Below, one piece after another: positions 37,151 to 49,491 of a DNA stretch of 64,000 nt (position 1 is the first letter of the stretch; each line of letters begins with the position of its first letter). Origin of the DNA: Gonapodya sp. JEL0774 (lineage: Eukaryota); the NCBI GenBank assembly GCA_027604505.1, contig JADIIX010000009.1, positions 62,001 to 126,000 of the forward strand. Reading direction: 5' to 3'. The notes beneath the pieces are model-generated. The model saw nothing but the letters and a program-made list of their open reading frames with translations, was not told the origin of the DNA and searched no databases. A program made the translations under genes and the position numbers.

Positions 37151-40100
37151 ATGGATATTCGACGGTTTTTCGCACCGGCAGGTGGTGTAGCTAAAAAGGA
37201 CCGGAGCGATGGCGGTTCTCAAGATCAGGTGCTTGATTGGTGGAACGTCCCCACTTGTATTGTCTGATTCACATCTGATTCGACTCCGGCGCCGTCTAAA
37301 TGCACGTAATACCAATACGAACACTGATTGCGTGCGCTCTGCCTATGACTTCGCGCCTTTGAAACAAATCATTGAATGGTGGATGGGCACAAAATCGTAC
37401 ACTTGGATAGAAGAAGCCAAAGGAAGGAGGTGTCAAAAAAGGATCAAAAAAGAGCTCGAGGATTGTGTCTGGTAAGTTGTGACAATTCATGTGCGGCGAT
37501 GTCAACTCAGGGTATACACTTTTGCGAAACCTTCACTGAAGATGACGATTCGGACGTGGAACACACCCCCAAGTACGGCCAATGGTCGAAGCCATATAAT
37601 AAGAAGATATTCTGTGCACTCCAGACTCATATTTTCCGGTTTCTCCGCACCGACTTTCAATTATCGCAGGAATGGAGTTCCGAGTAACCAAGGGAAGAAA
37701 CGGGCAGCGGACGATGAGGAATTTGTCGGACCCCCGTGAGTTGGAAGTGCCCTACGAGTGTGCCTGACGTACGGTCACTTTTGTTCCATAGCGCCAAGAA
37801 AGTGAAGACACCCACCAAGAAGGAGCAGCTCGAGGTGGTAGATCCGGGCGCCTTCTTCAATTCAAAAGCGCCAATAACAAAGACTGGAACGATGCAAGAT
37901 AAAGTTGGTTATCAATTTTCAGTTCGAATATTGTGTCATTATTTGGTCAACGCCTTCCTCCTGAACCTCACTCAGACACAGAGTTCCAAGGAGGCACCAC
38001 CTTCCCCCTTATCTTTCTCTTCTAAGCAAACGCCAGCATCTGACTCTGTCGCACCTATTGACCTAGACGTTGATCTTGCAACAGATGATGTTGACGTCAT
38101 GGAAGACATCACAAGCACTCAACCAACCAAGGTGGAAGTATCCTTGAAGCAAAAGAAGGACGAGACGGTGGTGGAAACGAAACCATCTATACTACCCGTG
38201 ACACCCAAGAAGTCTCCGGCGAAGTCAATCAAACCCCCGATACCCGACCTCCCACGGTCCCCATGGGCAAAGCCTCCGGTGACACCTGTGTCGACATTGG
38301 CTGGCGTTCAAACGTCTCAGGGCAGTCAAGAGGAGCACAAGGGTGAGAGCGAGAAATCAGTCAGTGCATCTGGACCGAGCCGGAAGCAGGGGTGAGTCAT
38401 ATGGCTGGTGTGTCCGCACAGTAGTGAGCTTTCCTCCTTATCCGGGATTCAGGTTCTACGCATACAAGAACCGTGCAGGACCGAGCTCTTTGGGCTCGAA
38501 AGAAGTTCCTTCCGGGGCGGAAAATTGTCTATGGGGACTAACGTTTGTGTTCACAGGAGAGCTAAGCTCCATTTCACGGGATGACGCAAAAGACCTAGTT
38601 AAGAGACATGGAGCGTGAGTTGCTTGTCATTAATTCCGCTCGCTACAAGCCGCAACAGTATTTTCTGAGGGTTTCCGTGCAACAGCAAAGTCACGGACGC
38701 TGTTTCTGGCAAGACAAGCTACCTTGTCGTTGGTGAGGACGCGGGTGAGAAGAAGACCGAGGAAGCTCGCACGAAGGGCGTTAAGCTGATCGACGAAGAC
38801 GGTCTTTTCGACCTGGTCCGAAAACTTCCGAGCAAGGGAGCTTTTCCAGAAGAAGGTTCCACGACCAAAGGTAAAGGAAAGGCTGCAGGAAAGAAAAAAG
38901 AGCTTTCGCAGCAAGTGCAACATACGGGTAGGGAATCTACTCCGCAGAAACCTGGCTTGGACCTGGCAGCAATGCTGTGGACAGACAAGTGGGCTCCGAA
39001 GAGATCGGAAGATGTCATTGGGAATAAAAAAGGAGTAGATACGCTCAAGAGCTGGTTGAAACATTGGTGAGCGGGTGCGATGAACAAGTTATGGGAACTG
39101 GAATGTTCATCGAAGTCGTCTGAAGGGAACAAAACCGCCAGGCCGGTTTCCCAGGCAAGTCTAAGGACTCAACTTCGCAGTACCGCGCTGTATTAGTATC
39201 GGGGCCACCAGGTATTGGCAAGACAACTGCAGCACACATCGCTGTTCGGGAAGAAGGCTACGAGCCCATTGAATTTAACGCCAGCGACACAAGGAGTAAG
39301 AAAGGATTGAAGGTTCGTTGCGATCATCTTACATTCTACTCAATCCGATGCCCGTTCACGCTACACCGAAATTTTTTGAAAGGATCGCGTTTCGGAGATT
39401 GTTGGATCACATGTCTTGTCGGAGTATTGGCACCTTGGCACAACAGGTGCAAAACCGGTGCGTGTAAGCAATTTGAGATAACAACTCCCATACTGGAGAC
39501 ACCCCTGTCATTTGCATGTAGACTGCCACAGGCGCCGGCAGCTCCGGCCCGAAGCAGGTGCTCATCATGGACGAAGTCGATGGGATGTCCGGTGGTGATC
39601 GTGGTGGAACTCAAGAGTTAATTCTACTGATCAAAAAGACAAAGGTCAGTCAGTTGAAACCCGTTTTGAAATGGATTTCAGGGCTTCGAGCTTGGTCATA
39701 ATCTTTAGATCCCCATCATCTGCATCTGCAATGATCGGCAGTCCACAAAAGTAAAGTCTTTGGTGAATTATTGCTTGGATCTGAGATTTCGCCGGTAAGC
39801 CCCGATATGCAATTCAGCGGCAGTCTGCTAGCTTATGTTTTGACTGCAAAGACCGGAGGCAAATGCTATTGCAAAGCGTATGCTGCAAATATGTCAAGCG
39901 TGAGTGATTCGCCTGATACTCGCTTTTGCCATATGAAACGCATGTGTTCACATTCTTTCCGTCTTCCAGAGAGGGACTTCAAGTCCAAGTCAACACTCTC
40001 GAAGAGCTCGCTAAACTTGCCCAAAATGATGTTCGGCAAGTTATCAATCAACTTTCCACATATCGATTGGCCTCCAACAAAATGACGTACGATGAAGGAA

Positions 40101-41614
40101 AGGCTGTGTAAGAGAATAGTTTGTCCCTATCGAAGTCCAATCTTGCGGACGTTTTGCTTTCGATTCGAACAGCGGAAAGTCGGCAGATCGCGGGTCTGTT
40201 GTGGAGCTCTCCCCGTTTACATTGACGGGGAATTTACTCAGCTACCACAACTATGTGAACACAACACTTTCGGACAAAATTGATTACTATTTCATGAACT
40301 ATGATCTGCTGCCTCTTATGATACAGGTTTGTACAAGTTGTGGGGGGCAAGCATGGTCCGCTCCTGAAAAGACACTTTTCTGTTCAAGGAAAACTACATC
40401 CGAACAACGCCAAACTCGGCCGCTGGGGTCGCTGGAGCACGAAAAGACCTCATGACGATCCAAGCGCTCTCGGAAGCTGCGGACTGTATCATCGCTGGTG
40501 ACTTGCTTGGTTCGACAATGCGAAGGTGCTTTGACAGGTTTCGTTCTTCGTTGGCGCGTAACTCTCTTCAACTCTGGGGTTACTCATGTCCTGCAATTCC
40601 CTGTCGCTAGCATGAACAACTGGGGCTTGATGCCCGTGCATGCCGTTCTCTCCACTGTGTGTCCCGCATTCTGTGTAGCAGGTTTAGCACCTCAACCCGC
40701 ATTCACGAGGTAAGAGCACCACAAATGAGATTATTGTGAATGTGCGTTTTCCAAACCCACACTTTGATATTTGATATGAAAAAGCGTTCTGGGAAATATG
40801 TCCAAAACCAGCAGAGCGTATCGTCAGCTGAAAGAGCTGCAAGTTCACACCCGCATGCACATTTCGTGCGACAAAAACGAATTTCGTGATTCCTATCTTC
40901 CTGCTTTTGTTCCAACCCTGTCCAAACCGTTGCTACAAGGGGGCAATGTGAGATTTTGAGCGCAGTTCTGTGAATTTTTCTCTCCATTCAATGGGTCCCG
41001 TTTGCAGGATGGTATACCTCGTGTGATTGACCTTCTAGATGAGTACTGGCTCACTAAGGACGATTGGGCGAGTATCATGGAACTCCATCTCGGAGAGGAC
41101 GTCACCAAAGATATTCCCAGCGCGGTGAAAACACAATTCACCAAGGCGTGAGTTGACTCGCAGGAAAAACTACATCGATATCCTCGTTCTGCCGAATCGG
41201 CTGAAACTAAGATGATGACGTGGTGGACACGTAATATACTTCTCCACATCAGCTACAACGGCTCCAACCACCCCATGCCCTTTCTAGTTTCGCCTCCAAC
41301 AAAGTCCAAAGGAAAAGCAGAATCGAAGCCAGTTCGTTTATTCACAGTGTTTTGTGTTATCCGTGGTATCTTCCGAAAACTCAACTTCTTCTGTTTTACA
41401 CCAGGACTTTGAGGACGTCGTGGACAATGACGACAACATATCAGAAGAAGGCGCGAATGCAGATGGCGAGAATGATGGGGATGAGGGGGACGACATCGAC
41501 GACATTAAACAAGACAGATATGTTGTCGCTCCGAAAAAGGGCGCAAAATCGATGCGTGGAGGAGCTGCGAGGAGTAGGGGTGGCGGTCGGGCTAGTAGTA
41601 GAGGGAAGAAGTGA
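37151..41614 (+). CDS. RFC1: Replication factor C subunit 1
   Basis: MDIRRFF start; BRCT ([17 protein letters not shown]); LWTDKWAP; Walker [21 protein letters not shown]; Walker [25 protein letters not shown]. Confidence 0.97.
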
Positions 41615-41729
41615 GAACGAAGAGTCATTTGTTTACCCGCAGTGAGAATGTGCCATAATTTCGAGTGTAACACCACAGTTCTGTAACCGAAACAAGCGCT
41701 GGCGATTGAATTCCACTTTGTCCGCCAAA

Positions 41730-44700
41730 ATGAGGGTACGACATCTCGACAGAACCGCGACCTTTGCATGGTCGCCGGGGAATCACTTGCCTCTCATCGT
41801 TACCGGGACCGTTGCGGGTGCCTTGGATGCTTCTTTCAACACCGAGACTGAACTGGAGATTTTTGACCTCTCCCTGGGTGGGGAGGAAACACAGATGGAG
41901 AAATTGGGATCAAGTCCTGCACCTGCAAGGTATGCATGTTTCCGCCATCGTGTTTCTTCACCGATACGAGTGGCTTGAGGTAATTGCTCCCCCTGCACAT
42001 TTGCAAGGTTCAACCGACTGGCATGGGGCAACTTCACAACAGAAGAAAAAACCTATGGTGTCATTGCGGGAGGTCTGGAAAATGGGGAGCTGGTGCTCTG
42101 GGACGCGAAAGCAGTCATTGAAGGCTCGCCCGACTCTCTCATTTTGAGAAACGCTGCGCATAGTGGACCCGTTCGTGGACTTGATTTTAATCCTTTTCTC
42201 CATTTGCTTGCGTCTGGTGGTGTTGATGGCGAGGTACGAATGTTCACCATCTTGCGGCTCGCACAGCTGAATCCCATTTTCACGTGTATTGCAGGTAATC
42301 ATCTGGGATCTCAACAACCCGTCGACACCGTATCATCCTGGGACGCGCTCACAACGCCTGGAAGACATTACGGCCGTTTCGTGGAATCGTCAGGTTGCGC
42401 ACATTCTCGCGACAGCCTCGAACAATGGCTACTCGGTGGTATGGGACCTAAAAAACAAGCGCGAGCTTATGCAGCTCGCTCATCCGGGCGGGCGGAAAGC
42501 CATCACTGGAATCACATGGAATCCCGATGTAGTAAGTTCTGTTGAGGGTCATTCGCACAAAACGAGAAAATCACAGTTACCCTGTTCAAGGCAACCCAAG
42601 TCATCACTGCATCGGATGACGATATCAATCCCGCTATTCACTTGTGGGATCTTCGAAATGCGCGAGCTCCGGAGAAGGTAAGACGCGGGAAGTTGTCATT
42701 GTCGGACGACGCTAAGCTTTGAAGAATAACTTCTTGCCTACTGCAGACACTCACTGGCCATACCAAAGGTATTCTCTCAGTAGCTTGGTGTCCTCGTGAT
42801 ACGGACCTCCTCGTCTCTTGTGGAAAGGATAATCGTACAATCGTCTGGAATCCCATGAAGGGTGAAATCCTGGGGGACTTGGACTTTTCTCAAAACTGGC
42901 CCTTCGATGTGCAATGGTGCCCGCGTAACCCAGACTTGCTAGCTACATCGAGCTTCGACGGAAAGATTAAAGTTCATTCCATCCAGGGTACAGGCGAAAC
43001 ACAGGTTGCTGCTCCCCAAGACGCGGCTGTCCCAAATGACGACCCCTTTGCGCCTTCAAACATTTTCCAGACAGAGACCTCTGTTTCCTTTTCCCTTAAG
43101 CAACCTCCCAAGTGGATGCGACGGCCTTGCTCGGTTTCGTGGGGATACGGTGGGAAGCTGGTTACCATCGAGAAAGGAGTGGTTTCTGTGAAGACTACCG
43201 CCACTGAAAACGATTTCGTCAACCGGGCGTCCCGGTTGGAGGAAGTCGTCAGCTCAGGAGACATATCGTCTTTCTCGCAGTTCTGTGATGAGCGTGTTGT
43301 TGGCGCCCAAGGGTCCGACGCCGACCGCGAAGTTTGGAAATTTTTGAAATTGCTGTTTGAGAAATCACCGAGGAAGAAAGTGACAGAGTACCTGGGCTTT
43401 GATGGATCTACAAAACCTAACCAGGACCTGCTCAAAATCTTGAAAAAATTGAAGCTGGTGGATGAAGGCGAGGCTCAGGCTAATGGGGGCATTGGACCCC
43501 CTACGAACTCAACCAAAGCAGACTCACCCACTGGTCAAAAGCCCATCAATGGAGGGGCGTCCGATGGGGTTGACTCGTTCTTCTCTCAGGGTGGGGGAAA
43601 GGAGTTGGAGTTTGTGGCACAGGAACCACCGGAAGCCGCCGAGAGTCGACCTGATCCTCCTATTCCTTTTACACTATATCCGACCCCCTTTGATGAACTC
43701 ATCAACGCAAGTTCCGGTGACAGCGATAAATCAGACGCGGTGGATACAATTGTCGCGCGTGCACTGGTTACGGGTGATTTCGAAACTGCAGTCCAGACCT
43801 GCCTTGCCGCCAATCGCCTCGCTGATGCATTGGCGCTTGCGGTGAGCGGTGGACCGGATCTGCTTACCAGGACGCGCAACCAGTATTTCCGCAGAGTCGC
43901 CTCCCAGCGAAGCTACTTACGCATCCTGGAATCGATTGTGGCAGGTGACTTGAGGAATGTTGTGGAAGTCGTCACCTTGGAAAATGATACCTGGCGAGAT
44001 ATTCTGGTATTAATCTGCACATATGCGAGAACGGACGACGTTTCTGACCTCGCTGGACTTCTAGGGAGGAGAATGGAATTGGAGGCCGAGAAAGCGATTC
44101 TTCAGAAGAAGGTTGCGGAATCAGAAAATAAGCAATTAGCCGCGACCCTATGCTATTTGACTGCCGGCAATATGGAAAAGGTTCTCGAGATCTGGCTGCG
44201 GAAGGAAGCAGAAGAGGAGAAAGAACTGGTAGCGGCAGGGCGCATTGCTAAGACAGTCAGCCAGTTTTCAGCGCACCTGGAGGCGCTTCTGGCATTCTCT
44301 GAGCGGATGGCAGTTTTCAGGAAAGCAATCAACTTCGTGGATCCCGAGCTTGTTACTCCACCAGCATCTGGATATTGGAAGTACCGACACCTCTACAGTA
44401 GTTATGCGGAATACGCGGAATGTGCTGTTGCACAAGGCAAGCCTGCCTCTGCTTGGCAGGCACTTTCCAATGTACCACTTGCATTCCGAGCATTTGCCAC
44501 ACCGCTCAGCTCGGCTGCCCCAAAAACGCCAGACCCAGTCGCTGTACTCCGATATCGCTTGTACCGGCATGGAGGGCAGCGGGCGTTTGGGGGAACATCG
44601 GAGCCCGAGTTCCCATTCGAAACGAAGGACATCGCAGCTGCCGAAATCCCATCCCCCTCTGAGCCAGTATCCGCAACCCCTATTGTCGCGGAGTATCCTG

Positions 44701-46089
44701 GGGCATCCAGGAGTGGGACGCCAATGGGGGCAGCGCAAACCGCCCCAAGTTTTTCACCCTACTACAACAATCAGCCGGCATACAATTCTCAACCAACCGC
44801 GGCTTACTCTGGGTATCAGCCGTACCAACCGTACGCTTCCACTGGAGCTCCAGTTTACGCGTACCCTGGAGCAACAGGGGGTTACGCGCCTGCCGCACCA
44901 CCCCCTATGCCAGCATACAATGCAGCACCAATGGCGCCACCCCGTTCTGGTGGTTTTGTACCCGCGCCTATTGCTGAAACGTCGGCTGCTACATCTCAAG
45001 CGTCGGCACAACCCATACAGCCGCCCCCTCCATCGCAGTATGCCCCTCCCAGTCCCCAGTCAATTCCCGCAAAGGCTTATCACGATCCTCCTCCAATTCC
45101 TGCACCAGCCACTCGTTTCGCGCCCGCTGCCGCCTCGAGACCTGGTGCACCGAGTCCCATTCCTGGACGCTCCACCCCTTCCGGACCCCCCCCTCCACCC
45201 CCCATGGGTGGGAACTTTTCACCTTCCACGAACCCTCCCTTCAGGAGACCTGGCTCCACAACTTTCAATCAGCCTTCGGCGGGTCCTTCTTTTGCTCCAC
45301 AGCAAATACCTCCAGCGCAGGGTGGTCCTGGCGGTCCTCCCCAACCGGCAGGCCCGCCTTTTGGGCCTCCCGGTTCCAGACCCCCTTCTCAAGCATCGCC
45401 GTACCATGGCTACCCAGGTGCAACTGGAAGCCCAATTCCCCCGAACCCGATCGCGGGCACTTCGCAGCAACCTCACAACCAACCATCCCCGCCTTCGAAG
45501 CCCGCGACACCAACACAGCCAGAGTCTCGAAGACATCGTGAGTGGGACCTTAGCGCTTGTTTGTGGCAGAAGCCTCTTTCCAACTCCAGCGAATTTTAGC
45601 CGTTGGAGACAGAACGCACATTCCGATGGACCAACGGCCCATTGTTGACAGCCTCACACGAAATCTCGCAATTGCTCGCCAAGCTGGGGGTGTAAGTGTT
45701 GCTCGGGAAGAATTTGTGTCAGAGTGTTTGCACCAGTTCTTGATCAACCGTTGTGTGCGTTCCTCGTTAGCCTCAACACAAGCGGGTGCTGGACGACGCC
45801 GATAAAAAATTCGGTGCGTTTTTCGACCAATTGAACAATGGGGATGTTAGGGAACCCTTGGCCAACAGGACACTCGAAATGGTAAAAGGTGTGTATCCAG
45901 TCAGTACCCATCGGTATACTGGGGATGTGTTTCACTGATTTCCTTGAACCCGTCTCTCCAGCTTTGGACGCCCGACAATTCGACGTGGTCATGAAGATAC
46001 AGATGGAGCTCATGACGACAAACTTTGATGCGAGTTATTGGCTGATCCCGGTGAAGAGGATGGTGGACGTTATAGCCAAGGCGCGCTAA
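41730..46089 (+). CDS. SEC31: COPII outer coat protein Sec31
   Basis: RTATFAWSP...GTVAGALDASF...ELEIF, WD40 repeats, WCPRNPDLLATSSFDGKI, LKQPPKWMRRP, alpha-solenoid, Pro-rich linker, C-terminal helical domain. Confidence 0.97.
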
Positions 46090-46319
46090 CCGCGTGACTG
46101 GGTCCGGTGTGATGAGCAAGCTAGATCGCCAATTTCTGTAACCTGCTCAGCGAAAACGAGAACGTAAAGCCGATACTCCTGTTTTGAGATTCGGATCCGT
46201 ATTTCGAATCATGTTGTCATGCAATACAATCGATCATCAAATTACATCAAACACTCCCGAGCAAACAAAACTCCAATCATTGCCCCATAATGCAACAGTA
46301 TTTTTACGTGTCGCGTCTC

Positions 46320-49101
46320 CTAGTCTTCCCCCTCATACCCGCTCGCCACCCCAGACCTGCCCATCTGCACCACAGCTGGCTCGTCGTCACCCAGCCTGGT
46401 CTCCAACCCCCGAAACGTCCGCTCTTCAAACCTGGATCCTATAGACGCCACGAATTTAGAAACGGCCATGCGTGATGTGTCGCGGGTGACAAGGTCCGCA
46501 GAAGGGGTCAGGGTGGCAGATCCTGCGAGGAGCGAGGAGGAGGGTGCGGACGAGGCGGGGATAAACCCACCGCCACCGCCACCGTCGTCGCGTCTGGTCC
46601 GTTTCAAAACGCCCGAAACCAACGAGAAATGCGGGAGTTCCGACTCGGGTTCAGACTCGGGTTCGGCATCGGGATCCGCAGCACTCGATCGGCGTCTCTG
46701 GTCGCCAGAACCGTCACCACCCGTGTGCCCACCCGGGTCGATCCGTTCCCGCTCAGCCTCGGCCTCTGCCATGGCATTCCTTTTCCTCTCGAGTTGTCTC
46801 TCTGTTTTCGCCTCTCTCCGCTCCAACCTCGTCGCAACCCGGTCGATGATACCTCTGACCCTCTCGAAATCCGTCGTCCAGGATCCCTGCTCCACGAAAT
46901 TATCCGTCAATCTCAGCCTGTCCCCTTCCCCTTCCCTCACTTCCTCTCCTTGCTCCTCCTCCCCGCCACTCTCCCCTTCCCCACCCTCCACCCCCGCCAA
47001 CGCCACCGCCACCTCCCCCGGCGTCACGACCGCCCTTCCCACCTCCTTCTCCTCCACCGCGATCGAGTTCTCCCCACACGCGCAGACGACAAAGCAGTCC
47101 ACGTCGTGGTGGAGGTTGGCGAGCTTGGAGGGGGTAGGCCGCCCGAGGCTGAGGACGTAGTGCTTGCGACGAGCGGCGCGGAAGAGGCGGAGGAGGGAGG
47201 AGAGGAGGGGGAGTGAGTGGGCTGCAAAGGTGGGCCGGGTGGGGGTTGGTGGAGATGGTGGGTGGAGAGGGTGTACGGGGAACAGGGAATACGGAGAGCG
47301 CAATGGAACACAAGCGATTAAATGATGGCATAGTGGCCCTCCAACTTTGGGCCACGGCACCAAAACGTCTCGTAGAACCCTGGGTGGGGCTACGAGGTTC
47401 CGATATCACTCAGGACGACCAACAGCACCGCCCTACACGATACCAACCCAAATCCGCGCTCGCCTGTCTTGCGAACAACGTCTTCTGGCATCTCCCCTAG
47501 TACTTTTTCTTCAGCAATCAAATCATCGTCACCTGATCAAATTGATCAAATCGGACGGCTATTCCTATCGTTTTTTAAACTGTTTTGATTATCATCATGT
47601 TTGTGAGGGAGATGCCAAATACGTTCTGCGGTCGCATGATGGAAAGAGACACCGAGTGGACATGCGTAGCAGTCTCGCGATATTCTCCCACTCCCCTTTT
47701 TCAACTCCCTCCACCTACACCCTATACCCATCACCCATGCCCCAAACTCACCACTACCCGCCGCCCCCACCACGATTCCAAATGCGTCCGCGTCCCGTGC
47801 CCGTTGGACCGCACGGTACCGCCGTGCGAGGAGCCTGTTGACCGAGGGGGATTCGAGGCGGGGTGGCCCCGTGGGTGGGGAGTAGGAGGTAATCTGGGGT
47901 GGGGGTGAAAGCAGTGGTTGGAGATGGGTTGGAAAGTGGGAGGTCGGAACGGGCGGTGGGAAGATGATACTTACGGATGCTCGGGCGTTTTCCATGACGA
48001 GGTTGGTGAGGGAGAGGGATTCTGGGCCAATGTAAAATATTCGAGAGGTGGGGGGGAATGTGCGTTTGAGCGAGGTGGGTGCGAGTGGGGGTGCTGGTGC
48101 GGGTACGTGTGCTGGAAGGGTGGTCGAGGTAGTGGAGGACGATGAAGAGAGGGGTGTGGGGAGGCCGTATGCTGGAGGGACGGGGTAGGCTGTGACCGCG
48201 TGGCCCAGGGAGGTGAGGAGGGTGGAGAGGGGTCCTGTGGAAGGAAGAGGTGGGGGTGAGGAGAGGACGGTGACAACCCACAATGAGTACAGGAGACCTC
48301 GGGCTGCATCTTAAAAGAAGACACTGCTCCGCTATACGTACCGAGATGGTGCTGGTATGCAACGTCGGCGAGGAGTGCGATGGAACCGTCGGTGGCCGAG
48401 TTGCCCGAGTCGCTCAAGGCTGGCACGTAGTGTGCGGTGAATTGGTCTGCGCAGAGTTGGAGGTCCAGATATTGCTTTCCAAACACGAAGAGGACCGGGG
48501 TGGCGGCGGGGCTGCTCCGGTTGTGTGGTTGGTACGGCACATGAAAACAAAAATCATTGTGAGGAAAATATACGAATTATCGTAATCCATGAAGAAAGCT
48601 GAAACGATTTACAAGAAGCAAAAGGACAAAAGACAAATGATAAATGGATGAAAGAATAACGAATAATCACAGGCTGAGGCAAGCACGACCGTAATGGACA
48701 ATCAAGTCAGCGTTGACGTGCTGTGCGGCAACCTCATCGACACAGCAAGAGCCGTAGGTAGAGTCAGCGAGGACAAAAAATTCTACATGAGAGGGAGATT
48801 GGGCCTTGAGAGATTGGACCACAAGGGAAGCATGAAGTAAGAGTTCGTCTGGAAACTGGAGGGCTATCTTGGGATGAAGGAGACGATTGCGGTCAGAGAC
48901 GGAAGAAACGAGAGAGAGAATGGATCAGGGGGCAACACGAACCTTTGAGAAGTTTGAAAATTTGATGGTGTTGATTGTGCGATTCAACTCAAAAAATTGA
49001 GCAAATTCGACGGGATCCGAGAACGTGTGGTCAGATGAATGATTCGAGTCGAGTACAGGCAGAGCGTACAGCTCCTGTGGGTTGGACGAGAAGTCTGTCA
49101 T
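46320..49101 (-). CDS. DPH2: Diphthamide biosynthesis protein 2
   Basis: [56 protein letters not shown]...FVVCACGEN and the Dph2-type C-terminus RTFRGLE...GRSGVASGY. Confidence 0.93.
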
Positions 49102-49491
49102 GTTGGTGCGGACTTTACTGAGTGCTGATGGGAAGAGAAGAATCGGGCTTGCTGTGGTCTCGCTGTGCCACGAAACTGAGGTACAAAAATAACTGACCGA
49201 GTGCCGGCCAGGCTGTTCCAGGTCTTGCTCCAAAATTTTAGGCCGGCTGGATTGTTTTAGGTCTTGTCCTCGACTCGCAATCGTTAAGTACTAAGATAGA
49301 GGCGAAGTGGTTGATTGTAGAGCGATGGTTCGAATCTCACAAGGAACTGCTCTAGAAGAAAAGGGGGATACCTTCCCCCGGGAGTAGCGCAAACTCACTT
49401 CATCGTTTAAAAAATCTGACGTCGAGATGATCGAACGAGTTCGAGTCCGGAGAACAGAAGCAGCGAGACAATAGGTCAACTGCCACCAATA

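Noticed and set aside
44245..45648. 467-aa overlapping ORF within SEC31
   Set aside because: Alternate frame of a Pro/Ala-rich region naturally poor in stop codons; starts at TTG with no independent support.
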